Made by a program: the position numbers and the translations under genes | Source of the DNA: Octopus vulgaris | Lineage: Eukaryota | Direction: 5' to 3' | DNA length: 64,000 nt | NCBI GenBank assembly: GCA_951406725.2 | Contig: OX597815.1 | Location: forward strand, 112,468,001 to 112,532,000 | The notes under the pieces: generated by a model | What the model was told of the DNA's origin: nothing | The model's database searches: none | Seen by the model: only the letters and a program-made list of their open reading frames with translations | Part shown: one piece after another, positions 27,640 through 40,879 of the stretch | Position numbering within the stretch: the stretch's first letter is position 1 | Layout: every line of letters starts with the position of its first letter

Positions 27640-28800
27640 TGGACTATTCAAGAATTTTCTCTCGGAAGTTCTTTTGTGAGAATGGACAAGAAATACTGAC
27701 GTGTGGACAGTGTCGAAACTTTTAATATTCTAAGTTTTGTGGTATTGGTGTTCACATCTCCTTAATCGGTACTTTGTCTGGAACGTTCTTGACCATATCA
27801 CATGTCCTCCTTCAATACACTGTTAACATTTCCAATGGTTGATAAAGCATTTTATTCGGAGAAAATTGGGTTTCACCTTATGCAGAACGGGTTCCCCTTT
27901 ACAGGAGAATGATTCTTCCTCATGGCTGAGAGTTTCATCTTACAATAGATGGGTTTTTATTCGGAGAAAATGGTTTCCTATAAGCCGGAGCCCGTTCTAT
28001 ATTCAGAAGGTCTCTATCAGTTCTCTGGTGTTCTTTCATTTGGCTCACTTCTTTTGTGGGAAAAATTTTCGATTTTTGTTTCTAAAACTGTTGATCACCT
28101 TCGGCCACTGTTCTGAACTCATCTTCGATGGATGGAGTGTTATTGATGGATTTGATCTTAGTTTGTATTTCGTCATCGTAGTAAGTGCTATATGGACTAT
28201 CTTTCATCTCCGCCACGTCACAAATCGATTAGGTTTTGGTGTTGGTATAATAGGAAGACGGATGCAAAAATCATTGGTTTCCGGGACTGGGTAGGATGTG
28301 ATTTTTATCAAATTTCCTGATCTATTGCATCTGGTGCTCTGAAGACAAGGATTTGCGTCTGATACAATTGCTGCTATGAGCAACAATTTTTCTCCTCTTA
28401 CAATCTGTTATGGTCTGCTATAGTCTACAGTCTGAGCTATTCAGGGTTAGCGTCTGCCCTCCTGAGTAGCTTCTGACATAGAATAGAAGTTCAATAATCT
28501 CGTCCGGAAATAGAGTAGTATTCATTACTGACACTTTGAAGTCAGAAAACATTTCTGTTATCGATGTCTACACTAGGCAGAATACCCTAAACTTGTTTGC
28601 TTTCACATAGCTTTCGAGCTTTATGCAGTCTATTGCATCCCTTGAAATGTCATTTGGCTACAGTGCATTCTTCGTGATATCAGCATTCCCAGTAGGCTCG
28701 TGCTGTATTTTGAATGTAATGGTGAACCAAGAGCTTGCGTTGTTGATCTAGTCCACGAGCATAGCGTTCATATAACTTTGCAAGAAATAATGAGGAATCA
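27640..28800 (-). pseudogene. Heavily decayed LINE ORF2 remnant (AP-endonuclease/linker-like; L1/Tx1-type?)
   Basis: Purine-rich minus strand with weak motif traces (SGRDY, ADHN, CPFSQKEL); many stops. Confidence 0.35.
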
Positions 28801-28997
28801 GTATCTAAGGATTCATATGCGACAATTTCCTAAGCAGCCTCTTTGCTTTCCACTTCACCGAAAATCGAATATACGAATCCTTGTGACTTACATTGATGAA
28901 ACGAGGTAATGTTCTTTCGATTCTCGATGACTGTAACTTATAACTATGGCAGAATGAACACCACACCATTTTGTCCCTAGAGTTTCAGTTATAATCA

Positions 28998-29550
28998 TCT
29001 ACTAATATAAAGAGGACGAATGTTTCACACGGCAACAACAGCCGCACTCATCAGTCACCAGAGTGCCACAGATAATATTCAATTTTGCGATGTTAGAAAC
29101 ACATGAGGTTGAAACAAGAATTTTCTGACTTGAGAGCATCGATAGAGTTGGTTAGTATTTGCTGCCTCTATTGCTAATTAAAGTTACTACTTCTATATTT
29201 CATTATGTCAATATTATTTCCAGTATGTCTCTCGTGACAAAAAGGGGTTTTCATTTATTTTATTGCAAGTAGTCGTCTTTTTTCTGTAATTTATTTTTCT
29301 GTAATTCTTTTTTCTCTTAGTGATTTTTTTTCTTGTTGTAGACACCATTATTACGAAATCTCCAAAAAAGAAAATCAAAATAGCAAAGACCGCTCGCTTT
29401 TATCGTTTAATATAGTGAAAAACGAGCTTCCAAATTGCTCATAATATCCTGTTACGTATTAATCTAAATGAAAGTGAAATACTCAATCCTCTTTGCTAAA
29501 GGCAAAAACTCTAAATTCGCATAGCTTTGGATAATTACTTAGAAAACAAC
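28998..29550 (+). mobile_element. Possible Helitron 5' end (non-autonomous)
   Basis: A|TCTACTAATATAAA start resembles Helitron 5' termini; no 3' terminus found. Confidence 0.35.
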
Positions 29551-29567
29551 TACACATGCTGGCATAT

Positions 29568-29605
29568 ACTACTACTGCTACTACTACTACTACTACTACT
29601 ACTAC

Positions 29606-29648
<43 letters not shown>

Positions 29649-29660
29649 TGTTGTTGTTGT
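29568..29660. repeat. (CTA)n-(GTA)n palindromic microsatellite
   Basis: Direct reading; self-complementary about ctag at ~29605. Confidence 0.92.
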
Positions 29661-29814
29661 TTCTGCTATATTAACAAGACCACAGTATGGGGTCGTTATA
29701 ATCAAATAACCGCACCACTTCAAATTTCGTCCGGCCTCCTAACGATTCTGTCAGGATGTTGCCTTAATGATAAATGATAATAAAAATAATAATAACAATA
29801 ATAATGATAATAAC

Positions 29815-30108
29815 AAATGCTCTGATGGAGTTCCAAACAGTGGCTCCCATGGCTTCTGATCTTAACTGACTGAAAGTGTTATCTTGTACGTTGTTTTGTC
29901 TTGTTATAGAAGGTGGGCTACAACGAATATTTTGCTCAATACCATAGATTGTTTTGTCAGTTGCTTGACTTTAGTTGACTTTAGTAGCTGCAAATTCTGC
30001 ACTTGCCACTTTCTGATAAGTTGTCTATTCTGTATTTGATGTTGTTATTATTAAGTGAGAGAGCAGTGCATACCATCAAAGTGACACTGGGGTTATTATT
30101 ATTATACC

Positions 30109-30167
<59 letters not shown>

Positions 30168-30565
30168 TATCATTATTATTATTATTATTATTCTCATTAT
30201 CATTATTATTATGCATCTCTGATCACGAGCAGAGGTAGTGGGGGAGCATCATAATAGCCATGTGTTGAGAGGAACTCTTGGAGTTTGGATAATTCACCTC
30301 TGAAAATATTGGTGTTTCGTTCAACATCCTTAGCCCTTATTCAGGGACCTTTTGAGTTGGAGAAGTTAACTCGACTTGAAAGGATTCTATTTGGGCCCCA
30401 CCTACAAGGTCATACGCTGTGTATTTCGATATGAGATCATGTCACGCACATATGATTGTGATGCATGTGCCTCTTGTAACCTTATCAGACGTGTAGTCAT
30501 GATAAGTATACTGGGTTTCGTGTATTTTACCACACTTTCATGGCATGCACTGCTCTCTCACTCAA
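29815..30565 (-). mobile_element. Non-coding (TAA)n-associated dispersed element, interrupted by (ATT)n and an inverted copy of its own terminus (~30055-30095)
   Basis: One end matches 1-86. The other end (rc: tgagagagcagtgcatgccat) recurs at 30056 and 39532. Both ends lie in TAA tracts. Joining the two halves into one element is inferred. Confidence 0.65.
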
Positions 30566-30638
30566 TATTAATGATAGTAATAATAATATTAATAATAATA
30601 ATAATAATAATAACTACAACAATAATAATATTTTTGTA

Positions 30639-30734
<96 letters not shown>

Positions 30735-31365
30735 TATTGTTTTCGCACAGCCGGCGCTCGAGATGTGCTACGGTGCCAGCTGTTCACTGCCAGTGAACTA
30801 AGGTAACACCCCTTAGTTTTGGGGCACCGCCCGAATATTCGAGCGTTTCCAAGCAGCGCTGTTTTCTGCAAATACCTCGCCCTTATGTGCAGCTACTCTT
30901 TGTTCCAAGTACTTCTCAAGATTTTTTTTCACTGTTCCCAGTGCTACAATAATTATCGGTACTAGTACCAAATTTTTCTTCGACTACAACAGCTTAAATT
31001 CCCAAGCTAACCTGCCATATCTATCGACTTTTATTTCTTCCTAACCGCATACCTTGTTGTCAGCTGGGCATGCTATATCTATGATCCAGCATCGTTTGCT
31101 TTCTTTCCCAATTAAGACTATGTCTAGTTTCCTATTCTCTATCTCAATATCGCACTGAATCATAAAATCCAATACGATCTTTGCATTAACATTTTGGATG
31201 ATGCCTTCGCGTTCACGTTCGTAGCACTTGTTTGCTCTGTCAAGCCCATACTTGTTGCAAAGTGTCCAATGGACAATCCTTGCTATATTGTAATGACGTC
31301 TCTTATATTCTTTCTGGGCGAGTGGCGTACATTGACTGGTAATATGCTATACGGTATAATATGCT
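30735..31365 (-). mobile_element. R4/Dong-type LINE 3' fragment (RLE)
   Basis: CTPLAQKEYKRRHYNIARIVHWTLC, DFMIQCD.EIENRKLDIV, WIIDIACPAD and VPIIIVALGTV. (ATT)n/(AGT)n lie on both sides. Confidence 0.87.
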
Positions 31366-31367
31366 GC

Positions 31368-31429
<62 letters not shown>

Positions 31430-31499
31430 TGGTACAAGTCCAGCAATTTAGAATAAAGGAGTAAGTCGATTACATCCACTCTACTGCTCAATCGGTATA

Positions 31500-31734
31500 T
31501 GAAGGCAACGGGGCGATCTCTACAATGGGCTCAGCCGATAACCCGACCAGTTCTACAACTGATAGCTGGTGTTCGACATATACCCACATGTCAATAATGC
31601 TCGGACTTTGGAGTAGATCCTGTAGAACAGTTTGGTTTGCTGCTCAGCATACATCTCAGGCAAGCCTGCCTGACGCCACGTTAGATTTTTGTCCCTGCCG
31701 GCAATGATCGTCGGAGGTACTGGCAGGCCAAGAT

Positions 31735-31735
<1 letters not shown>
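31500..31735 (-). mobile_element. Tx1/L1-like LINE C-terminal fragment
   Basis: LAWQYLRRSLP...QACLRC...MWVYVEHQLS..GLSAEPIVEIAP across frames resembles the zf-RVT region. Confidence 0.5.
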
Positions 31736-31769
<34 letters not shown>

Positions 31770-32197
31770 TTATATGTGTGTGTGTATATGTGTGTGTGTT
31801 TGAGTGTATTTATGCTAAGTTGCATTGCTTCTATAACTTTATGCAAACACAGTTTAATTATATAAAAATATTGGGTAAAATAAATTACTGTAAAGAAGGG
31901 TAAAATTCAAAACAAAAGATTCAGGTAGCGCTGACCAATATGAAGAGTTATATTATCTTTGCTCATGGCCTGGCTTCTAGTATCATATTGCGTGATAACA
32001 CCTCGTTTAGAATTATGCAGAAGGAAGCAGGATGAGATGGCGCGTCCTACTACCGTGAAACAGTGCCAATATAGATGGTACGTGAGAAGCTGTTGCGTAT
32101 TATGAGTCTTTGTATACTGTGTTGATCAACGCACTAACATTAAACAGCTACTGGATTGACATTTTTCAAAAATAGATAAAATATTCTCACTACCATA

Positions 32198-32414
32198 CCA
32201 CGTGGTGCTGAAAAGTTTCTGGCTTTGGGTAAGAGAACACACAGGAAGATCAGTTAGTTATAATTTTATTCAACATATTCCCCTCTCAGATTCGCACACG
32301 TATTGCAACGCTATTTAATTTTTACTAAGCCCTAAAAAAGAATTTGGAATGTTGCGCCTCCAACCAAGCTGTTCGTGATACACTTAAAGCCATAAACGTT
32401 TCAGCACCATCGCA
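32198..32414. mobile_element. Mariner-derived MITE
   Basis: Imperfect TIRs ggtgctgaaaagtttctggcttt / aaagccataaacgtttcagcacc with TA flanks; the interior resembles a mariner right end. Confidence 0.75.
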
Positions 32415-33869
32415 TATATGTGATCTGGAGGTCTTTTGAAACCTTTGGCCATATCCCGGCCTCTTCAGTTAAAAATTCGTTCTTATCTCTAACTGCTTAT
32501 TTTCTATCATACCTACGAAAATGTAACCGGAGTTTTGAAAACCATGGAGCTCTAGTCGCCTCGGAGCGGAGAGTTTCTGTTTTGCCTGTACTTGACTCAT
32601 TCATTTCTATTTCCGCTTTACTTGGGTGCTTTTTTTCTCTTTTTCTTTAGCCCATTGTGTTCCTTTTGCTAACTTCAATATTCTACCACATCTATTTTTT
32701 CAATGTTATTACCATAGCAAAACTTTGAGATGGTACAACTAGTTATATCTGGGATGTGGTATCCTGATCTTTGACTCCATGGGCAGAGTCGATATGACAT
32801 CTGCTATTTTCAGAACCTCCATCGGCGGAATTTAACAAGAGCAGTTTCAGAGCTTCAGTGGTTTTTCATTCGCACATATGATAGAGTATACCACCACAAT
32901 ATTACAATGATAATATCACAATATTATGTTAATATTGCCAAAAATATCCATGCCCACGCACATCCCACCTAGCCACATGTCATTGCTATTTGCTTTGACT
33001 TTCACCACAACCTCTCGCTGTGGTGTAACGTCGATCGCATTCGAAATATCAACGCCATGGTTAATGTTTTTCACCTGGATACAAATGTACGACCATGTAT
33101 TTTGGTACTACTATATAGAGGCGTGATGCACCTACTGATTCTGCTTCTTTCTGATTTATAGTAAACGAGGTATTTCATCCTATATAGTAGTGAAGTTTGG
33201 GGATTGAACCTTTGTGTAGAAATTATATGAGATTCTGATTTGCATACGCTTAGCTACACACTTCAGACAAGCCGGCATTTTCAATTATTACATGTCTCTG
33301 AAATACAGGCCTTGTCTCTGACAGGTCGCTCTGTTTCACCTATCGCCATGTTAGTGTGCGAATTTCCGGCTCTCTTCTGCCTCGTTGAAATTGTCACTTT
33401 CACTCATTAAAATTGGCTTTTTTCTGCCGCAAAATATATGTTGTTAATGATATTTTTGTTAAAAGGGTTAGCATTTTTTAAATTCACAATTTAAACTGTC
33501 GAAGTGTGGTATTTTTTTCTTTTTTGTGTAGAATGTGCGAATCTTGCGGTAGAATTGATATTTTTTTTCTGCAATTATTTTGTTTTCAGCTAGATTCATT
33601 TTCACTTTCTTGGGAAACATTTCCCTAACGAATTAAAGTTAAGCAGAAACGCAAAAATGAAATATATATTTAAAAAATTAGCTTTATGCTTCCTTTTGTA
33701 TGGAATATTCGCCCAAAACATTCCAGCTGTTTTCTGTTGAAAGATATTCCGAAACAAAATATTTTCCTTCAGTAGTACTAAATAAAATATACAAATGTCT
33801 AGGCACTAAGCGAAGATGGATAAAAATTTAACTTACAAACACAATTACATTCGCCTCATCGTCTTCTGT

Positions 33870-34010
33870 GTACAAATTCTGCTGAAGTCAACTTTGCCTT
33901 TCATCTATTCGAGGTCGTTAAAATAAAGGGCCTCTCAAGCAATGATGTCGATATAAACGACTATATTACCCCTCGAAAAACTGCTGGCTTAGTGCCAAAA
34001 TTAGACATAA
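33870..34010 (+). mobile_element. Decayed Nin/Deu-domain SINE
   Basis: caaattctgctgaagtcaactttgcctttcatc. Confidence 0.65.
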
Positions 34011-34039
34011 TTACATTTATCTTTCAAAATTAGTAGTAT

Positions 34040-34075
<36 letters not shown>

Positions 34076-36041
34076 AGTTTTCTTGTTAATTTTATGTTTT
34101 CTGTGATCCTAGTGGTGGTGGCGATGGTGCTACTGCTGTTGTTATTTCTGCTGTTGCTCTTCTTGTAGCTAACGTTGTTCTTCATTTTGAATCTTGGCAA
34201 AACATGATGTGGGGTATACCTTTCGTCTTGGTTTCAGCAAGTGTAAAGTCACCTTACTTTCTAACAGAAGTAACAGTATTAAACGACGGTGTGTGAGAGC
34301 AATTTATTCATCTGCACTTGTATCCCTTACAACATTGCTAGAAAATTAAACCAAATTATTATGAAACAGAATTTTTGGATCATGTAGTCCATTCTATACT
34401 CATAAGATGTTCGGTAGATGTCCTGTCACATTCAGAAAACAAATGTAAATCACCGGATGCTTTACTCAGGAATTATGATTTTCGAAAAGATTTACCAACA
34501 GATTTCACCTCTCTGCTATTATTTCCGTTTTAACTTTGGTACGAAACCAAAATTTTGTGGGAACCCACTACTAGTTGTAGTCATGGAAGGAAACTCTGGT
34601 TGTCAGTTTCTTGTATTGAGAATGAAGCGACGTTTTGTTGTATTGGGATTCTTCAGTAGAACGGCAACACCTGTGTCTGTTCTCGGTGCTTCTGTTGCTC
34701 TCCGTCCCTCTTCCTCTGTGCCTGTAGGTTCTCTAAGACGAAAACCACCAGGTTACTGCTATAGCTACCCGTAAAGCAACTGAAACTTCTTCCTATACCA
34801 TCTGTCAGCTCCCTTCGTTAATTGCACAGATGTTGGCGTCCAGCATCAGCTATGTCTTGTGGTCTACGAAGTAACATGAGATGCACATCTATGCTGATCG
34901 ACTCACACTTAACCATGTCATGTTACTTCAATACATATTGATAAGCAATATGTTCAAGTGCTCATTATTTCCCTGGATCATGTTATGAGTTAAAATAACT
35001 ACCAGCTTTCTCGATCGGTCTTCAGTTTTCAAAAGCATATAAGCATCTCCATTTCCATTATTCCAATCACTGGAACATATACTGTGCCGCAAGTTATCTC
35101 GGGGTTCTCCTTCTTTGAGGATACAACGACGTCACCATTTTTTCATTATTTTAATAGCATCCTTTCTGTTGAATGCACCCTGTGTCACAGCATTCATCGT
35201 ATCTCAGTGGTCAGCAGATGAGTTTATCTAACCTATGGGATCTTGGTTTTATTTACAAACAACGCTGAATTTCAACTCCTCGTCTTCCTTGTCTTCGTCA
35301 TCACTATTTGTTGTTCTGAGAAGAGCTTTGCAATTTCTTTCTTGTTTTATATAGTAATCCACTTATCTTCACGAAGCAGAAACAAGTCACTTTCCTTATT
35401 GTTCTCTTTTGCATCAATTTCTCAAGAATGTAGGCATTGTTTTTATTGTCATCTGCTATTTAACTCTACCTTTCTCTATGTTTGAACCATGTCAAACAGT
35501 CTACCACAACGCTCGCTTTTAACGCTAGCAAAGAAATTATTATTAGGACGTTTGTTAATACTGTACAAGTTTGCACTAAGATTTTTATTGTTGATAGTTT
35601 GATTCATCTTTTGCAAATTTACTATTTCAGCTGTCCAATTGATAGATTCTCTCTGTCACATCATGTTTTCTGTATTTATCCATTTTTCAATTTCACTTTC
35701 GTGTATTATAAAATTATTTCTTCATATTTCCACTGAGTGGGCGTGTAGGCTGCTCGGCTACATCTTTTCTTTTTAATATTTTTTTTACTTTCTCTGTAGC
35801 AGTAAACATATAGAATAGATTGCAAATGCGCGAACATTTTTCAGAAAATAAGACGTCTAAATTACGGTATTTTTATCTAAATTATGTATGAAAATAACCG
35901 TGCAGCCGGTACCAAGTTACATGCGTAACTTGGAAAAATCATGCAAATCAAAATTTTTTCGTTCAAAAGACATAGGATAGGATAATCAATTATATTTAGA
36001 CGAGTGCAGAGTTGAAAGACAATATATGGTTAACGTGGGAA

Positions 36042-36250
36042 AGGCGGCGAGCTGGCAGAAACGTTAGTACGCCGGGCGAAATGCTTTGCGGTAATTCGTT
36101 CTGAGTTCAAATTCCGCCGAGGTCGACTTTGCCTTTCATCCTTTCGGGATCGATAAATTAAGTACCAATTAAGCACTGGGATCGATGTAGTCGACTTAAT
36201 CCAATTGTCTGTCCCTCTGTGTTTAGCCCCTTGTAGGTAGTAAACAAATA
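36042..36250 (+). mobile_element. Young Nin/Deu-domain SINE with a perfect 21-bp TSD
   Basis: aatatatggttaacgtgggaa at 36021-36041 and 36251-36271. Confidence 0.93.
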
Positions 36251-37681
36251 AATATATGGTTAACGTGGGAATATGTTTAAAATATTTAAAACAAGTGATT
36301 ACACAGAAATTAATTTCTAAAATATATTATGATAATCAAGAAGAGACAATTTTTAAAAAAATACAATATGAAAAATAGGTTTTTCATTTCTCCATATGTC
36401 AGCATCCAGTGCTGATCGGGTTAGATTGTATGCAAGTCATTGTTTGAACTGTTGTCTCGCCCGATCGAATTTGACCATTAAGATTTCCTATGTTGGACGG
36501 TGAAACAAAGAACCCGTGTTCCCGCGATACACTTGTTTTAATTTATTATGATTTTGTATTGTTTTTAATAACATCATTTCTATAGTGTGCCTCTTATATC
36601 TGACCAAATGGTGTCTCAGTAATCAGCACGTTTCCGTAATATGCGTCGGACAACAAAAGTATTATTCTGCCTACCAGAGCTTTGTATCATTTACAACAAA
36701 CAGTGCATTTCTAATCATAGCCTTCCTTCTTGTTGTCACCATTGTTGAGATGATAGTTCTTACACACATTTTTCTTAATTCATGTTTTGGGTCACCTTTC
36801 AGTTTCAAAGGATTTTGACTTGTTTAATTTCCTCTCCTCGTGATATTTTGGAACATTGTCTTGTTTATCCCCTCCCCAATATCACAATAGCGTATATTTG
36901 CGTAGGTGTTGCTGTTGCTACTGGTTAGTATTATAGGAATCTGGGTTTGTTTCTGTTTCTGCATTGCTGCGAACACATTTCCACCTTCATATTTACCTTG
37001 TTGTCAGTGTTTGCTATCGTTGGAGATTAAGTTTTTCTACTCCATCGTCAGCCTCCCAGACAAAGAACGAGGCAATCTTCTTTGCCAATTCCTAAACCTC
37101 GAGCAGAAATGCTTTTGAAACCCAGTCCTCCATCTTTTAAAAAGTACAGGGGATAGAACGCCTCCAAATACTCTTAGTTTCCTGCCTTGCTTCGTCAGCC
37201 CTATTGGCTGTATTCTTACAACGACTACGAAATGCTCAAGAATGGTCGTGTGTTTTTTTTGGGGGGTGGGGGTAGGGGGAGCATAAGAATGGGCCAAACC
37301 CATGCCGACCCTTCCCGAACTCATCGTTCCCTAACACTTTGGCTTTCAGATCCCGCTCATATTATTCCGCAAGAGAAAGAACATAACATGGATTAAGGAC
37401 GCTATCAATCATTCTAACAGTAAATCTTGTGCTGCGTCGACTCATTTATTGTAATACGAGTTTATAGAGGGCGTATGTATCTTATTATTTCAGTCTATCT
37501 CTTGGCTTTGTACTCGGTTCTGAAAACTAGACAGACATTACGTTTTATCTTGGCTAATAAATAAAATATTGTCTCATGCATGGAATATTTCCCATTCCAG
37601 ATCATTTTTAAGTACACAAAGGACATCTTCTGCATTTTTTAGATATAAGTACTTTGAATTTTTCCTTGAAATTATTATTAC

Positions 37682-37990
37682 AGAGGGCATATGGCCTAGT
37701 GATTAGAGTGTTGCACTCACAATCACAAGATCGTGGTTTCTATTCCTTGACCAGGTCGTGGGTTGTGTGCTTGAGCAAAATACATCATCACACGTTTACT
37801 TTGCGATGACCTCGACAACTGATGCGTGGTAGACCGTATACATGTTCAGAAAACGTTGATTTGAGGGAGGGAGGAAGTAGACCAATGAACTACATACACA
37901 TTTGATCACTATAAACAAATTATTTGTGAAGGGTTTTCCGCAAAAGCTGAATACACATACGTCGTCTTCGGTGGGAGAGTCCATCATTAT
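37682..37990 (+). mobile_element. tRNA-derived SINE, head shared with the 11309 copy but a different body
   Basis: tggcctagtgattagagtgt...gtggtttctattcc...ttgagcaaaa.ac.tcat..cacgtt shared, then divergent. Confidence 0.7.
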
Positions 37991-38479
37991 TATTGCAAAT
38001 AATCTTAATCAGGAGAAATTTTATCTTGAGATTTGTAGACAAATGTCGAATACCTAGAATCTTTCTTAGGAATCTTGCAGAATACAGGAAAGAATATTTC
38101 TACAGGTTCATCAATACGTTTCAATTCGAATATATTTCAGACTCTTCGAGAGCCACTTGAATGTTGTACTGAGTACCTTAATTACCACAGAAACAATATT
38201 CAATTGAGTTTCACAATTTCTTCAGCTATCTGGCGAGGTTCGGACGTAGCAAAATTTTCCTCAAGTTCTTTGAAATCTCACCTACGACCAAAATTTTATA
38301 TATTCTTTTTTTACTCGTTATGTGGTCTCTTGGCTTCAATTGTATAGTAATTTTTATGGAGAAGTCTCTAACCCTCCACAGTTTAATGTGTGACTGCATT
38401 ATTATTTCCCTCCTTGTCCAGTTGCTTTCTTCTCGTTCATCTGTCTGTTCTTGAAGCCTGTCGTGTTTCAGTTTCTCCT

Positions 38480-38789
38480 CTGTTAATAAAATAAAGTACT
38501 AGTAAAATGCTGGGATCGATGAAATCGGTTAACACATTTCCTCTTTAAAAATTGCCAGTCGAAATATGAAAAAGTCTTGTTGTTGTTGTTGTTAAGCTTC
38601 CAGAATCGTTTGTACGCCGACAAAATACTTGGTTTTCATCCGGCTTTAAGTTCAGAGTTCAAAAGCTGCCGACGTCGATCCTTCCAATCTTTCTGGGTCG
38701 ATAGAACAGATATGAGTGGAGCACTGGGGTCTATGCAATTAACTTAGACCTCACTACAAATTTCAGGCCTTGTGCCTTTAGCAGAATGG

Positions 38790-38790
<1 letters not shown>
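38480..38790 (+). mobile_element. Decayed Nin/Deu-domain SINE pieces followed by (ATT)n (38790-38872)
   Basis: gagttcaaaagctgccgacgtcga...gggtcgata...gcactggggtc. Confidence 0.6.
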
Positions 38791-38874
<84 letters not shown>

Positions 38875-39450
38875 GTTTTATCTGGCTTTAGCTTTGTATT
38901 TATACAAGTTGACTCGAAGTTTCACTCAGAGACCTCAAGAGACAAGTTCAACAAATTCAAGTTTGTGTTATGACTAGGGTGCCATATATTTGGTTTTGCA
39001 CAGATTATTGTTCGAGACTAGTCCTGTCAAAACATAGGTAAATTAGAAGTTTGTTGTAAAAGTAATTTGGAAAGACGGTAGTCTGATTATTAAGATGACA
39101 GTAAAAAGTGCTTGCTGTTATGTATATTGAAAAGTATTTTGACACTGTTTACATATTAAAATATTCTGAGATTACATAGACAGTATTTTATGTAAGTTTG
39201 GGGCAGTTCCCATGCGCACTATTTTTTTTTTAATTCTTTCATTTCTGGATGATTTCCTGGTATCTGAGCTAGGTAGCAATCAGCCCCTTTTGCTATCATT
39301 CCTAAGACACCTATGACAACAGGTGTTGTTTTAGTCTTGAGGTTCCACATTTTGCCGATTTCTATTTCAGTTTTTGGTAGATCTTGACAGATACATTTAC
39401 GTCGATTAGGACAGTCATATCGATCAGGTGGCATGATTTTCGTCTGAAGT
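38875..39450 (-). mobile_element. R4/Dong-type LINE 3' end plus 3'UTR between (ATT)n tracts
   Basis: CHLIDMTVLIDVNVS, EIGKMWNLKTKTTPVVIGVLGMIAKGADCYLAQIPGN. Confidence 0.82.
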
Positions 39451-39649
39451 TATTATTATTATTATTATTATTATCATTATTATTTTGGTTTGGCTCAAGT
39501 TCGGTCTTATTCCCGGTAGGATTTTTTTTATTGAGAGAGCAGCGCATGCCATCAAATTGACTGCATTAGCGCGTAGCCACTGCCTAGTACTGTATCAAGT
39601 ATTATTGTTACTATCATCATCATAAGCCTTCATCATCATCATCATCGGT

Positions 39650-40045
39650 AGGAATTGTTATTCCGCCGAACAAAATGCATGGTGACATTTCTTCCGGTTC
39701 TTGAAGCGCTGAATTGAAATTCGCCATGGTCAACTTTGCTTTCCATTCTTTCGGGGCGATCGAATAGAATACTAGTGGTAATGCAATCCACTAACTCTAC
39801 TCCCTAAAACAGTTTTAGTAAAATTTGTAACCATGCTTTTTTTGTTTTCATTTTCTGTTATTATTAAGACGAACTGGCAATGTCATTAAATATCAAGCAA
39901 AATTCTTTGCGACATTTGCTCTAATACTTTCATCTCTGGGTTGAATTTCCGGATTGTCTTTTATCGCTCCAGGCTCGGTAATTGAGGTACTGCAATTAAT
40001 GGTTTCGACTTACCACTTCTATCAATGCTGATGGGCTTGTATCTA
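39650..40045 (+). mobile_element. Two highly decayed Nin/Deu-domain SINEs
   Basis: ggtcaactttgctttccattctttcggggcga and a weaker second copy. Confidence 0.5.
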
Positions 40046-40048
40046 AAT

Positions 40049-40215
40049 CAGTGCTCACTAGTGTGACACGAGACGATGCTAGGTTTTCCGCAGTGTAACT
40101 TGAATATAATTTTTTCCCTATAGTTTCAGTTATATTTTCAGTTCATGTGCGCCGGCGAATTTTGAAAAGAATATAAGTGTGCCCCAAGTGAAAAAAAGAA
40201 GGTAGCGGAGCACTG
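40049..40215. mobile_element. hAT (Charlie-like) MITE
   Basis: TIR cagtgctc / gagcactg; 8-bp TSD atctaaat / gtctaaaa resembles NTCTAGAN; aaaaaagaaggtagcggagcactg terminus. Confidence 0.72.
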
Positions 40216-40806
40216 GTCTAAAACAGGAAAACTTATTACTACTGATGTGAATGATTATGCGGACAAAAATTGTAATTTGGATGATGATGATGCGGAGGAG
40301 GAGGAGGATATAGCTGATTTTTTCTTTATTTTACCTTAGTGAGACAAGTTCATTTGTTTTCCAATGAATGGATTATATTTTGTCAAGTTTCAAAACATTG
40401 ATTTACTCTTTATGTGTCAGATTATGCGGAATTCTTACTCAAAGCGGTGACGAGTTTAATTTATTCTATTTTCTGTTGTATTTATGAACAAAAAAAAAAA
40501 AGAAAACATTTGAAAACATATTCATCTCTAGCTGATATTGAATACGACATGGAGTCCATTTCATTAAACAATAACATTTGCACAACCATCACGCAAAACA
40601 GAAAATAGATTCCAAATGAAAATTTAAACATTTGAAAAAGGATGCGTGTCTCGAGTTTCTGACACAAATAGCAGTACGTTTGCAACAATAACAAGAACAG
40701 GAACAAAAATAACACATAGCATTTCTTACGCACACACATAGGCGCGCATGAGTTTGCGTTTGCGTCTGTGTGTATGTATGAACCTGTATGTATGTTTATG
40801 GATTTA

Positions 40807-40856
<50 letters not shown>

Positions 40857-40879
40857 GAGATTCAGTTGAATTAGTTTTT

